64,000 bases of DNA. Source: an uncultured bacterium. Its GTDB lineage: Bacteria; Actinomycetota; Acidimicrobiia; Spongiisociales; UBA5794. The stretch spans positions 32,001 to 96,000 of the forward strand of contig CAWDDT010000011.1 in assembly GCA_963801165.1 (NCBI GenBank), read 5' to 3'. The position numbers were made by a program, and so were the translations under genes. Positions 1 to 9,340 of the stretch are shown here, piece after piece (within the stretch, counting starts at the first letter, position 1; each line of letters starts with the position of its first letter). The notes under the pieces were generated by a model. That model was given only the letters and a program-made list of their open reading frames with translations. It searched no databases and was not told the DNA's origin.

Positions 1-2311
1 CCCCGTATTGGTCCGGATCGCTCTTGGCGATGAGGAACGAGACCATATTGGGTCGGTCCTTCGGAGTGAACGGCTGCATGATGATGAACGACAGGTTGTC
101 CTCACCCGGGAGGCTCATCAGCAGGTAGTAGGGCAGCATCGGGCGGGCATCAGACGTACTCCGCAGCGTCGGGCGCTCCGCGTTCGACGGGTCCCGGGCG
201 ATCTCCCACAGATCTACTTTGGAGTAGAACTGGCGCGGGTCGGTGATGTGGTACAGCGTGTACTGATCCGACTGGACCCGGAACAGATCCTCGGGGTAAC
301 GCATGTGTGACCTGATGCCGGCGGGCATCTCGGATCCGTCGACAAAGACCCCCGGGAAGATCCTGCGCTGGGTTTCGATCAACGGATCGCTTGGGTCCAT
401 AACGTAGAGGGTCACCGTGCCGTCAAAGGCATCGACGGTCGCTTTCACCGAGTTGCGTATGTAGTTGAAGCCGTTCGGCAGGTTCGCCGTCAGGTTGAGA
501 CGGTCGGTCGGCGCCACCTCCGAGTACGGGTAGTTGCTGGTGACCGTGTACATGTCGGCCATCCATACGAGCCGCCCGTCATCGGTGAGTATCAGATACG
601 GGTCGGAATCGGCATATAGGAACGGTGCGATCCGCTTGATCCTGCTGATGATGTTCCGCTCCATCAGCACCTTGCTATCCGAGGTGAGCTGGCCCGAGAT
701 CAGCGTGTCGAGATCGGCGTAGCGAAGGGCAAAAGCCGCCCGACGGAAGATATTCCCAAGGGGCACACCGCCTGCGCCGTCATAGCTGTTGTAGACGACG
801 TCCGAACCTTCCTCGCTGACCGGGTAGTCGACTTCCTCCTGGCGGCTCCCCACGATACTGAAAGCCCCGGAAGCCGAGTCGGAGAAGTAGATCCGGTTCT
901 GCTCGGTCGCCAGATCCGGTGTCGAGCTGACCGGCGGGATGTCGCGCACCAGCAGCTGCGGCTGGCCCTCTGGCGTCACGCTGTTTGCAGGTGAGACAAC
1001 AGAGCCGAAACCGTGGGTGTATACGAGTTTCTCGTTCAACCAACCCCCTTGGGGGATATTCGCCTCGTCCAGCTCGCGCGCCGAGACCATGACCTGGGTC
1101 TGCTTGCCGTCGATGGTGTAGCGGTCGACATCGACGTCGGTGATGTCGTAGTAGGTCTTGATGTTCTGCAGCTGCTTGTACGTCGTTGCCAGCACCCCCG
1201 GGTCCCAAAGGCGAATGTTGTCGATGGTTGCCTGGTCGGCGTTGAGCTGATCTTTAGTGAGATCGCCTGACCCGGCAAAGGATGTGACTTGGACCCCGTC
1301 GAGCCCGTAGGCAGCCAGCGTCGATTCGATGTTGTACCCGAAGTACTCCGCTTCCTTGTTCTGCTCGTCGGGAATGACCGAGAAACGCTGCACCAGGGCC
1401 GGGTAGACGCCACCGACCAGGATCGACGTCCCCAGCCACAAGCTCACAGCCACGATCGGCAGCGTCCAACCCCGGAAGCGGAGGTTGAGCAAGAGGATGA
1501 TGGCGGCCACCAGTGAGATGGCTATCAACAGGTTGAGCGCAGGAAGCTGTGCGTTGACGTCGGTGTAGGAGGCGCCAAAGACGCGGCCTCGGTCGGAGAA
1601 CAGCAGTTCCCAGCGGTTCAGCATGTACCCGGCAGCCTTGAGTAGAGCCAGGCTGGCGAACAAGACCGATAGATGGACTTTGACTCCGGGCTCGACGCGA
1701 CGGTTGAAGGAGAACTCAACAGCACCGTTGAGGTAATGGATCGAGGCGCTGACCACAGCGATCACGAGAATCAGCTGGAAGAACCATCCAAAAAGGACGT
1801 TGTAGAACGGGAGCTTGAAGACATACAGCGACAGATCGTTGTGGAAGATCGGGTCCGAGGTGCCGAAGCTCGTGGCGTTGCGGAACTGCAGCCATTCCTT
1901 CCACCAGAACGAACCGCTCAGACCAAGCATGATCCCGAAGAAGGCGCTGATAGCCAGACGGACCCGGCCCACCCGCGGTTCGATCCACTCCTGGAAACGC
2001 GCCAGCAGCTCCTCTTCAGGTGTGCCCGATGGCAGACGGCGGCGCGGAGAAAGCCGGTCCACCAGCCATAGATTCCCCCAGAACAGCCCGAACGCGATCA
2101 ACGACGCGACCACCACCAAGCCGATCCGGGTGAACACGAGCGTACGCCACACACCGGCGTGACCGACCGATTGATACCAGAGGTAGTCTGTCCACAGCGT
2201 GGCGAGAAAGCGCCCGAATAGCAGAAAGGCGACGACGACGATGGCGATGATCGTCGGCCAGCGGCGGTCGGATCGAGAGCGGCGAATGGGGACTGGTTCT
2301 CTATTGATCAC
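1..2311 (-). CDS. UPF0182 family membrane protein (3' end runs off the window)
   Basis: Not in the ORF track because there is no stop in the window. Manual translation from GTG 2311 gives MINREPVPIRRSRSDRRWPTIIAIVVVAFLLFGRFLATLWTDYLWYQSVGH, later DPIFHNDLSLYVFKLPF, GASYTDVNAQLPA, NIRLWDP, YTHGFG and FNYIRNSVKATVDAFDGTVTLY, all typical of UPF0182. Confidence 0.9.
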   Translation of the reverse strand, partial: MINREPVPIRRSRSDRRWPTIIAIVVVAFLLFGRFLATLWTDYLWYQSVGHAGVWRTLVFTRIGLVVVASLIAFGLFWGNLWLVDRLSPRRRLPSGTPEEELLARFQEWIEPRVGRVRLAISAFFGIMLGLSGSFWWKEWLQFRNATSFGTSDPIFHNDLSLYVFKLPFYNVLFGWFFQLILVIAVVSASIHYLNGAVEFSFNRRVEPGVKVHLSVLFASLALLKAAGYMLNRWELLFSDRGRVFGASYTDVNAQLPALNLLIAISLVAAIILLLNLRFRGWTLPIVAVSLWLGTSILVGGVYPALVQRFSVIPDEQNKEAEYFGYNIESTLAAYGLDGVQVTSFAGSGDLTKDQLNADQATIDNIRLWDPGVLATTYKQLQNIKTYYDITDVDVDRYTIDGKQTQVMVSARELDEANIPQGGWLNEKLVYTHGFGSVVSPANSVTPEGQPQLLVRDIPPVSSTPDLATEQNRIYFSDSASGAFSIVGSRQEEVDYPVSEEGSDVVYNSYDGAGGVPLGNIFRRAAFALRYADLDTLISGQLTSDSKVLMERNIISRIKRIAPFLYADSDPYLILTDDGRLVWMADMYTVTSNYPYSEVAPTDRLNLTANLPNGFNYIRNSVKATVDAFDGTVTLYVMDPSDPLIETQRRIFPGVFVDGSEMPAGIRSHMRYPEDLFRVQSDQYTLYHITDPRQFYSKVDLWEIARDPSNAERPTLRSTSDARPMLPYYLLMSLPGEDNLSFIIMQPFTPKDRPNMVSFLIAKSDPDQYG

Positions 2312-2320
2312 GTGGTGATT

Positions 2321-4318
2321 CTATTGCTCGGACTCGGTATCGAAACCATCGGACCCTTTCGGGACCACCATGGCGGCACAATTGGGGCCCGCCGGTGGCA
2401 GTTCCACACCCGGTGGCAAGTCGCTTCCAGGAGGCCAGGATAACCCGGTGTCGGCGCCGCACCGGCCACACGGCCTGCCCGGGGCGACCAACTCGACCTC
2501 GGCGACGCCGAGACGGGCATACCCGGCCAGCAGACCGTCGTTGAACGCCCGACGCGCCGCGGTCCTCACGTTGCGTTCTGCCTCGTCCGTCCGCCAGCTC
2601 CGGAAGACACGGCTCACGTCGGAAGATAGCCGGCGCGCACCGATTTCGTCGCTACGACGGAGCACCTCTTGCACATCGGCATGCAGATCGCCCGCCATTA
2701 CTTCGGCAGCACCGCGATGGGGGCCACCGGTCAATTGCGGCTCGCCGGCACCCAGGGACTCGGCCGCGGCGATGTGCCCCGCGTGATAGCTGTCGGTTAG
2801 CAACACGTCGAGCTCATCGCCCATCAATTCGACGACCAACTCCCTGCCGAGACGGTACGCACCATCCGACATGCGTAGCTCCTCGAGAACCTGGTTCTGC
2901 AACTCGACGATCCGCCGTTTCAGGCCACGTAGCGCCGTGTTCTCTATGGGGAGAAGCAGCCGATCCCTGCGATCGAAGCCCCCACCGACGGCGAGATCGG
3001 GAACCGCCCGTAGCGGTGCGACCGGCTCCGGTTCCTGTTCATCATCCGGCTCGGGCTCGTCGCGACTCAACGGCTCGGCGCCCGCTCCGGGTGCAGGCCC
3101 GGAGCCGGGTGGCTGTCTGAGACGGGCGAACAGGGCGGCAATCGCCGGATCCTCATCGACGACGGTGACCTTGTCCCGGCCTGCCGGATCGGGTTCCGGC
3201 TCTGGTTGCGGTTCCGGCTCTGGTTCCGGTTCCGGCTCTGGTTCCGGTTCCGGCCCTGGTTCCGGTTCAGGCCCTGGTTCGGGCTCCGGCTCTGGCTCGG
3301 CCTCGGCATGAGGCTCGGGCTCAGAAGTCAACGCCGCCGCGGGCTGGGGGTCTGGTTTCAGCTCGGGCTCGAGCGGCGACTCCAGATCGAGAGCGAACTC
3401 GGGCGCGGGCTCACGAATCGACTCCGGTGCGGGCTCGGCGGGGCGCAGTGGCAGCGTGACGGCGGCGCGCATCTCCTCGACTTCGGCCGCCATCGCATCT
3501 GCATCGACGGTCGCCGCGGGTGAAGCGGCACGCCTCGCCGCCGGCAGGATCCGGATCGAGCCGTCGTCTTCGGGCCAATGGGCAGGCTTGTTGCCCTCGG
3601 AGCGCCGGGAGCCGCCGGAATTCTCACTCTTGGCCGCCTCGACCTCCCGGATTGCACTCTCGGCCGCGGCCAGCTCACTCATCAGCTCCGACCGCCTGTT
3701 CTCCAGCGCGCGGGCGCGCTCCTGCGCTTTCTCGGCGGATTGGCGGGCCGTCTCCAGCAGAGCCTCACTCTCGGCGCGAGCATGCACAACTATCCGCTCA
3801 CTCTGCTCTCGCGACGAGCGGACGACGTCATCGGCCTGCCGTCGGGCATCGGTCACCAGTCTCTTGGCGTCCTGCTCGGCTTCCGCTCGGACAAAGAGTG
3901 CATCGCTTCCGGCTTGCTCCAGCATCCCGTCTGCGGCCGCCTGCGCCTGCCTGAGCAACTCGGTACCAGACTCCCAGGCGTCGCCCCGCGCAGCGATACT
4001 CGCCTCGTCCGCACTCTGCAGGATCTCATCCGCATCGGCTCGAGCTCTGGAGCGCATGCCGTCCGCAGCATCCATGGCGGCTACCAGCACCGCCTTGATC
4101 TCGTCTCCGAGTTGGTCGATCTCGTTCTTGAAATGTGGGATGTCACCGATGCCGAACTGATCGAGCCGTTCCTCGATCGCAACCAGATCCCCTTCCAGGG
4201 ACTCGACCCGGTCGGCGACGCGTTCGAGAAAGCGCGCCACCTCAGAACGGTCATAGCCACGGCGCGACAAACCGAATTTGTGTGCTCGAATCTCGCCCGG
4301 ACTGAGGTCGTCGGTCAT
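2321..4318 (-). CDS. DivIVA domain coiled-coil protein with Glu-Pro linker and MuF/gp7-like C-terminal domain
   Basis: N-terminus [35 protein letters not shown] is a DivIVA motif; Ala/Glu/Arg-rich coiled coil; (EP)n tract; C-terminus [15 protein letters not shown]...PPAGPNC. Start placed at ATG 4318 (ORF track starts at 4345). Confidence 0.8.
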   Translation of the reverse strand: MTDDLSPGEIRAHKFGLSRRGYDRSEVARFLERVADRVESLEGDLVAIEERLDQFGIGDIPHFKNEIDQLGDEIKAVLVAAMDAADGMRSRARADADEILQSADEASIAARGDAWESGTELLRQAQAAADGMLEQAGSDALFVRAEAEQDAKRLVTDARRQADDVVRSSREQSERIVVHARAESEALLETARQSAEKAQERARALENRRSELMSELAAAESAIREVEAAKSENSGGSRRSEGNKPAHWPEDDGSIRILPAARRAASPAATVDADAMAAEVEEMRAAVTLPLRPAEPAPESIREPAPEFALDLESPLEPELKPDPQPAAALTSEPEPHAEAEPEPEPEPGPEPEPGPEPEPEPEPEPEPEPQPEPEPDPAGRDKVTVVDEDPAIAALFARLRQPPGSGPAPGAGAEPLSRDEPEPDDEQEPEPVAPLRAVPDLAVGGGFDRRDRLLLPIENTALRGLKRRIVELQNQVLEELRMSDGAYRLGRELVVELMGDELDVLLTDSYHAGHIAAAESLGAGEPQLTGGPHRGAAEVMAGDLHADVQEVLRRSDEIGARRLSSDVSRVFRSWRTDEAERNVRTAARRAFNDGLLAGYARLGVAEVELVAPGRPCGRCGADTGLSWPPGSDLPPGVELPPAGPNCAAMVVPKGSDGFDTESEQ
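3191..3305 (-). repeat. Intragenic 6-bp-period repeat encoding a Glu-Pro linker
   Basis: ggttcc/ggctct hexamer array encoding [15 protein letters not shown]... Confidence 0.85.
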
Positions 4319-4516
4319 CAACGCACGATACCCCGCCGGTAACACCCAGAGGTGGATTCAATGGTCGGCGTAACAGGGGACTCCTCGTCCTGGCGCCTCA
4401 CGACGCAAATCCCCTCACCTGCCGTCGCCTGCGCTCGGCATCCTCGCCCGAGGGAAAGGCCATGTTTGGTCCCCTCCGCTCCAAAGGTCGGCCGGCCCGA
4501 GCCATTGGCTGGGTCG

Positions 4517-4615
4517 GCAGCCAAACTCAAACCTGAACCACGCCACCGCTGACGGGCTAGCTGAGTTTGGCGCAGCCAAACTCAAACCTAATTGAAGCCC
4601 TTTGGGCTTCAATTA
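4517..4615. repeat. Intergenic direct repeat plus two hairpins (REP-like or terminator)
   Basis: 18-bp direct repeat gcagccaaactcaaacct at 4517-4534 and 4572-4589; hairpin tgagtttggc-gca-gccaaactca at 4562-4584; perfect 12-bp inverted repeat taattgaagccc-ttt-gggcttcaatta at 4589-4615 overlapping the stop of the PDZ protease gene. Confidence 0.7.
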
Positions 4616-5719
4616 GGCGGCGCCCAGGGAATCGAGAAATGTCATCGCATCCTGGATGTTGGCCACCTCGATGACTTTGATGTCGTCGCCTGCGGCGTCG
4701 ACCGCCTCCAGGTAGTTCTCCGACGGGGCGAGCAGGTACTCGGCGCCTGCGGCGATGGCCCCAAATGTCTTCTGGCGCATCCCCCCGATGGGCCCTACCA
4801 CACCGTCGGCGTTGATCGTGCCGGTGCCGGCGATGCGGTGGCCATGGGTGATGTCCTCGGCGGTGAGCTCGTCGATGATCTCCAGGGTGAACATGAGGCC
4901 CGCCGAGGGACCACCGATGTTGCGGCTGTCGATGTTGACGTCGACGGGGAAATCGATCTGAACGTCGGCGTTTTGCAGCATCACGCCGACCATGCCCCGG
5001 TTGGGATCGTCGAGCACATTGCCTTTCTCATCGACAAACTTGTACGGCCCCAGCACCAGCGGGATATCAAGCGTGTCGACCTTGTCGGGCTCCGTGCGTT
5101 GGATCGTCAACACAAGCTGGTCGCCGGGAGCTCGCCCGCTGATCATGTCGACGGCATCCTTGGCGAACTCGACCTTCTTTCCATCGACCGCGATTATGAC
5201 GTCGCCGTCCTGGAGCACTCCGTCGGCAGCAGAGTCGGCGATGGTCGAGTTCACGAGCGCACCGGATCCATGATATGTCACGTCGTACCCGAGATAGGTG
5301 AGCGCGACGTACTTGGCGTCCTGCTTGGACTGGTCCATCAGGTTGATGTTCTGCTGGCGCAGCTCCTCCTCGCTCACTCCGGCGGGACGGATGTTCTCAC
5401 GCGGGGCGAGGTCGACATGGCTGTCCAACTTGGCGGCCACCCATTCGACGACGTTGACCTCTTGCAGTGACACCGTGAGGAACATCAACTCGCCCTTGGT
5501 GGTCGTAGACGGGTTGGCGACCTGCACGTAGTCGCTGACGTCGGCCACCGGTCCAGGCGAGAGCGCGTAGTAGGGCATTGATATCGGAATGGCAACGGCA
5601 GCGAAGATGAAAGCGCCGACGAGCATCATGACCCCGGCGAGAATGAACGGCCAAACCGGGATCCGCCGGCGCGGCGGAGTTGCCGGAAGTGGGGAGTCTG
5701 GGAGTTCGAGATCGTCCAT
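4613..5719 (-). CDS. PDZ domain Lon-like (S16) protease, YlbL family
   Basis: N-terminal TM helix, PYYALSPGP, PDZ segment (GVLQDGDVIIAVDG), Lon_C motifs IGGPSAGLMFTL and IAGTGTI...GPIGGMRQK. Confidence 0.92.
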   Translation of the reverse strand: MDDLELPDSPLPATPPRRRIPVWPFILAGVMMLVGAFIFAAVAIPISMPYYALSPGPVADVSDYVQVANPSTTTKGELMFLTVSLQEVNVVEWVAAKLDSHVDLAPRENIRPAGVSEEELRQQNINLMDQSKQDAKYVALTYLGYDVTYHGSGALVNSTIADSAADGVLQDGDVIIAVDGKKVEFAKDAVDMISGRAPGDQLVLTIQRTEPDKVDTLDIPLVLGPYKFVDEKGNVLDDPNRGMVGVMLQNADVQIDFPVDVNIDSRNIGGPSAGLMFTLEIIDELTAEDITHGHRIAGTGTINADGVVGPIGGMRQKTFGAIAAGAEYLLAPSENYLEAVDAAGDDIKVIEVANIQDAMTFLDSLGAA

Positions 5720-5746
5720 CGACGCGATGGTAATGCCCGGTCCCCT

Positions 5747-7462
5747 CTAAAGAGCCGGCATGGTATCCGGGATCGGTCGAATGACCACCGTCGTGGGTAG
5801 AGCGGGCAGAGTCAGCTCGAAGATGGTCCAACCGTCGGCGCGCCGGTAGGTGAGGTCACCGCTCATCCTGCGGGCAAGACGCCGGGAGACATACAGACCG
5901 ACGCCCATGGAGTCGGGCTGACCGGCCTCACCACGGCTTCCGTACAGGGCAAAGGCGTCTGCAACCCGGTCCGGAGAGATGCCGGGCCCGTTATCGCGCA
6001 CGGTGACACGGGCGACCAGCCCCTCCCGGGCGATCGCCACCTCGACCACACTGCCAAAGTCCGTGGCATTCGCCAGGAGGTTCCGCAGTATCTGTCGCAC
6101 CAGAGCCGAATCCCCCGCCGCCATCACACCGGATTCGGAGCTCACGGCACCCACCGCGGCCCGACGCACAGGTTCGGCCGTATCCAATACCGCACGGGTC
6201 TCTGCTGCCAGGTCGACGCGGGCCGCGATGAACGGCGCCCTCTCCGACTCCCGCGTCACCGTCAACAGATTGTCGAAGAGGTGCCCGAGCTCGATCGCCT
6301 GAATCGCGATCGTCGAGACCAGCTCACGCCGGTCCGCATCGCTCAAGGAAGGGTCGATGTCGCGCAGCACCTCGCTGAACCCAACGACCGAGGTGAGCGG
6401 TGTCCGCAGCCTGTGACTGACGGCAGCCAGAAATTCGTCCTTCCCGGAGCTGATCGACTCGAGGACCTGCACCTCGCTGCGCGCTTCGATCGCTCCGACG
6501 ACCAGGTAGACGACCAGCCCGAGCAACCCGGTGATCGCCAGCCCGGCCGCCAGGCTGAGTATCGCCGGTGTCTGCAGCCACCGACTGCCGGCTCCTTGGT
6601 CTCGGACCGAGAGCAGCCAGGACCGCCCTCCGAAGTCCACCGTCCCCTCCCACACATCCCCGTCGTGCCGTGTCGGTACGGTCACACCCGTGGTGTCCGC
6701 GACGGACAGGTCGAGGCCGGCCGTCAACTCGGGGGCCGCGTTGCCCCCGATGAGCTCGGCTAGATCGACCGCCGCAACGACGAGCTCCTGAACCGCGCCA
6801 CTATCCGGATCCGCGATCGCCCTCGCCACCAGCACGTGGCCGACACCGCCGAGTGGATCCGGCAGAGCGTCGCCGACGAAACCGGTCATCGTGAAGCTCT
6901 GCGCCGGTAGACCGTCGATGAGCTGCCGGCGCAGGTCGGGGTCGGCGCCCAGGTCGAGGCCGATCACCTCCGCATCACCTGGCTCGAAGTAGACGATCGG
7001 GAAATACAGCTCCCGGGTGCCCGCGGGCACCACGTCGCCGCCGCCATCCATCTCTGTGAGGGTCAGGCCGGCCACGTCACTCTGCACGTAGGCGAGCCAG
7101 TCGTCGAGCCGCGCCCCCGATACGATCGGAACATATCCCATGCCGGCGAGACCGGGTATCACGCCGACTCCCTCGACAAAGGACCGGAACTCGGTCGGAG
7201 ACACCGACTCGTCGGCGCGAAAGAGACCCGCGGAGGCACTGAGCTGCGTCGACACCTTCTCGAGCATGTCACTCGTCTCGAACAGCAGAAGCTCACCCTT
7301 CTGGGTGAGATCGGCGCGATCGGTCCGTGACCCACCGTTGCCAGTCCACCAGGTCAGCATCCCCGTCACCGCCAATCCGACCAACACCGTGACAACGGCA
7401 GCAACAAGCGCGCGAACTCGGCGCGAACGCCTCCGGGGCGCGGGTAACCGATCGGGTGTCAT
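5747..7462 (-). CDS. CHASE-domain sensor histidine kinase
   Basis: Two TM segments flank a CHASE-like region (YFPIVYFEP, IGLDL); H-box SHRLRTPLT, N-box QILRNLLANA, DNGPG, GVGL. Confidence 0.85.
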   Translation of the reverse strand: MTPDRLPAPRRRSRRVRALVAAVVTVLVGLAVTGMLTWWTGNGGSRTDRADLTQKGELLLFETSDMLEKVSTQLSASAGLFRADESVSPTEFRSFVEGVGVIPGLAGMGYVPIVSGARLDDWLAYVQSDVAGLTLTEMDGGGDVVPAGTRELYFPIVYFEPGDAEVIGLDLGADPDLRRQLIDGLPAQSFTMTGFVGDALPDPLGGVGHVLVARAIADPDSGAVQELVVAAVDLAELIGGNAAPELTAGLDLSVADTTGVTVPTRHDGDVWEGTVDFGGRSWLLSVRDQGAGSRWLQTPAILSLAAGLAITGLLGLVVYLVVGAIEARSEVQVLESISSGKDEFLAAVSHRLRTPLTSVVGFSEVLRDIDPSLSDADRRELVSTIAIQAIELGHLFDNLLTVTRESERAPFIAARVDLAAETRAVLDTAEPVRRAAVGAVSSESGVMAAGDSALVRQILRNLLANATDFGSVVEVAIAREGLVARVTVRDNGPGISPDRVADAFALYGSRGEAGQPDSMGVGLYVSRRLARRMSGDLTYRRADGWTIFELTLPALPTTVVIRPIPDTMPAL

Positions 7463-7553
7463 GAATGTCTATATCGGCACCGACCGTCGATTGCTTAGCC
7501 TCCTAGCCCGCCTCGGGTAGTGTCGGGGTCACATCCGGGAAGGGAGAGCCTGT

Positions 7554-8138
7554 ATGCAAACCGTTGTACCCACACGAGTGCTTGCCGGCGCCGTACTGCC
7601 GCAGCGACGTTTGGTCACCCTTGTTCTCGTTGGTGGATTCGCCCTACTCACCGCGCTCGCCGCTCAAATCCGCATCCCGCTTCCGTTCACCCCGGTGCCG
7701 ATAACCGGTCAGACGTTTGCGGTGCTACTGGCGGGGGCATCACTGGGATCAGGGGCCGGCGCAGCGAGCCAGGCTCTCTACGTCGCACTGGGTTTGGTCT
7801 TTCCTGTCTATGCCGGCGGCACCAGCGGGTGGGCACACGCGTCGGGCAGCACGGGAGGCTTCCTCATCGGGTTCGTCGCGGCCGCATGGATCGTCGGCAA
7901 ACTGGCGGAGAATCGGCAAGACCGTGCCGTGTCGACTGCAGTGCCCGCGTTTCTGACCGGCACCATCGTGATCTACCTATTCGGCCTCCCCTGGCTCGCC
8001 CACACCGTCGGCGTCTCCTGGGTCAGGGCCGCCGAGCTTGGTCTGGCGCCGTTCGTCCTGGGCGATCTGCTCAAGGCCGTACTAGCCGGTCTCGCCCTTC
8101 CCGCGGTGTGGCGCATCACATCCGACGCTCATAGCTAA
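7554..8138 (+). CDS. bioY: Biotin transporter BioY
   Basis: IPLPFTPVPITGQTFAVLL, TGGFLIGF and PFVLGDLLK motifs. Confidence 0.93.
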   Translation: MQTVVPTRVLAGAVLPQRRLVTLVLVGGFALLTALAAQIRIPLPFTPVPITGQTFAVLLAGASLGSGAGAASQALYVALGLVFPVYAGGTSGWAHASGSTGGFLIGFVAAAWIVGKLAENRQDRAVSTAVPAFLTGTIVIYLFGLPWLAHTVGVSWVRAAELGLAPFVLGDLLKAVLAGLALPAVWRITSDAHS

Positions 8139-8194
8139 CACACTTCTTACAAACCGCTCTCATCAACCGAACACGCCCGTCGCATCGTGTCGGT

Positions 8195-8524
8195 ATGAAG
8201 AGCAGAACCGCAATCGGAACCGCGCTGGTCGGGCTGTTGTTATCCGCATGTAGCCCCGCCGGATCGAACCAGGGCACGCCATCGTCGGCACCCGTCCCGG
8301 TGTCGTCTCCGGTAACCACATCGAGACCTGTCACAACGGACGAGCAGGACGCACCGTCCGGCGAGTCCGCGACAACGTCGACCACCACCGCAACGGCCTC
8401 GCAGCCGGTGGCGGCCGACCTCGATCCGGACGAGCTCTCCAATGTGCTGGACGAGCTCGATCGGTCGCTCAACGACCTGCACCAGAGCCTCGACGACGAA
8501 GAAGGAGATCCACTCAATGAGTAG
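8195..8524 (+). CDS. Small lipoprotein, hypothetical
   Basis: Signal peptide with lipobox LSAC, Ser/Thr-rich linker, acidic amphipathic C-terminal helix. Confidence 0.7.
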   Translation: MKSRTAIGTALVGLLLSACSPAGSNQGTPSSAPVPVSSPVTTSRPVTTDEQDAPSGESATTSTTTATASQPVAADLDPDELSNVLDELDRSLNDLHQSLDDEEGDPLNE

Positions 8525-9281
8525 AACCAGACGAACCCTGATCGGATTGCTGGCCGCCGCCCTCATGGTCGGCGCCTTCCCGCTGACCGCCTCGGCCCAA
8601 TCCACAGATAACCCCACAACCAGCGCCACCGTCCGGGTCTCCGACGAAAACGTTGCCCGCGCTCTCGAGGCGGCCAAGGATCAGGTCCGGACCGCCGTAG
8701 ACAACCGGCTCGACGCTCTGGCACGGCTGGGCACCCGGGTCGGCAATGCCGACTACGTCAGCGGCGACCACGCAGCAGCGCTTCAGGCCGAATACAACGC
8801 GGCCACCGCGGTGCTGACCGACGGTCTCGACAGTGTCGATGCTGCGACCACGTTCGAGGAGTTGCGTGATGTCAGCCCCGCCATCTTCGAGGACACACTC
8901 GTATTTGCGCTGCTCGGCCCCAAGACACACACGGTGATCGCCGCCGACACCGTCGGCGGGGCGACGACCCGGTTCGACGAGTATGCGACCAGGTTGAAGG
9001 CAGCCCTCGACCAGTTGTCGGCGTCCGGTGTGGACACCACGGGTGCGCAGAACGACCTCGACACTGCCACCGGGCTGGTCGCCGATGCCGCGGCTGCCGC
9101 CGCCCCCGTCGCCGATTCGGTCATCGGCCTACAGCCGGCCGACGACATCAGAGGACCGCTCGAAAACGCCCTGGGCGTCCTCGGGATGAGCCGCCGCCAG
9201 CTCGACGATGCCCGCAAGCTGATGGTCGGTGTGACCGGGTTCATCCTCGACAACATCGCTTCCGGAACTTCCGGGGCCTGA
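8517..9281 (+). CDS. Secreted alpha-helical hypothetical protein
   Basis: RBS gaaggag before ATG 8517; signal peptide MSRTRRTLIGLLAAALMVGAFPLTASA; Ala-rich helical body; overlaps the upstream lipoprotein stop. Confidence 0.75.
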   Translation: MSRTRRTLIGLLAAALMVGAFPLTASAQSTDNPTTSATVRVSDENVARALEAAKDQVRTAVDNRLDALARLGTRVGNADYVSGDHAAALQAEYNAATAVLTDGLDSVDAATTFEELRDVSPAIFEDTLVFALLGPKTHTVIAADTVGGATTRFDEYATRLKAALDQLSASGVDTTGAQNDLDTATGLVADAAAAAAPVADSVIGLQPADDIRGPLENALGVLGMSRRQLDDARKLMVGVTGFILDNIASGTSGA

Positions 9282-9302
9282 CCCTTCCGCGTCGATCAGG
9301 CT

Positions 9303-9336
9303 GAGTTCGGACTCGAATCTGCTCGGGTCCGAACTC
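9303..9336. terminator. Hairpin between convergent genes
   Basis: gagttcggactcga ... tcgggtccgaactc inverted repeat. Confidence 0.6.
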
Positions 9337-9340
9337 GCTC

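Noticed and set aside
2321-2990. Prophage suggested by the MuF-like domain
   Set aside because: No portal, terminase, capsid or integrase genes; flanks are housekeeping
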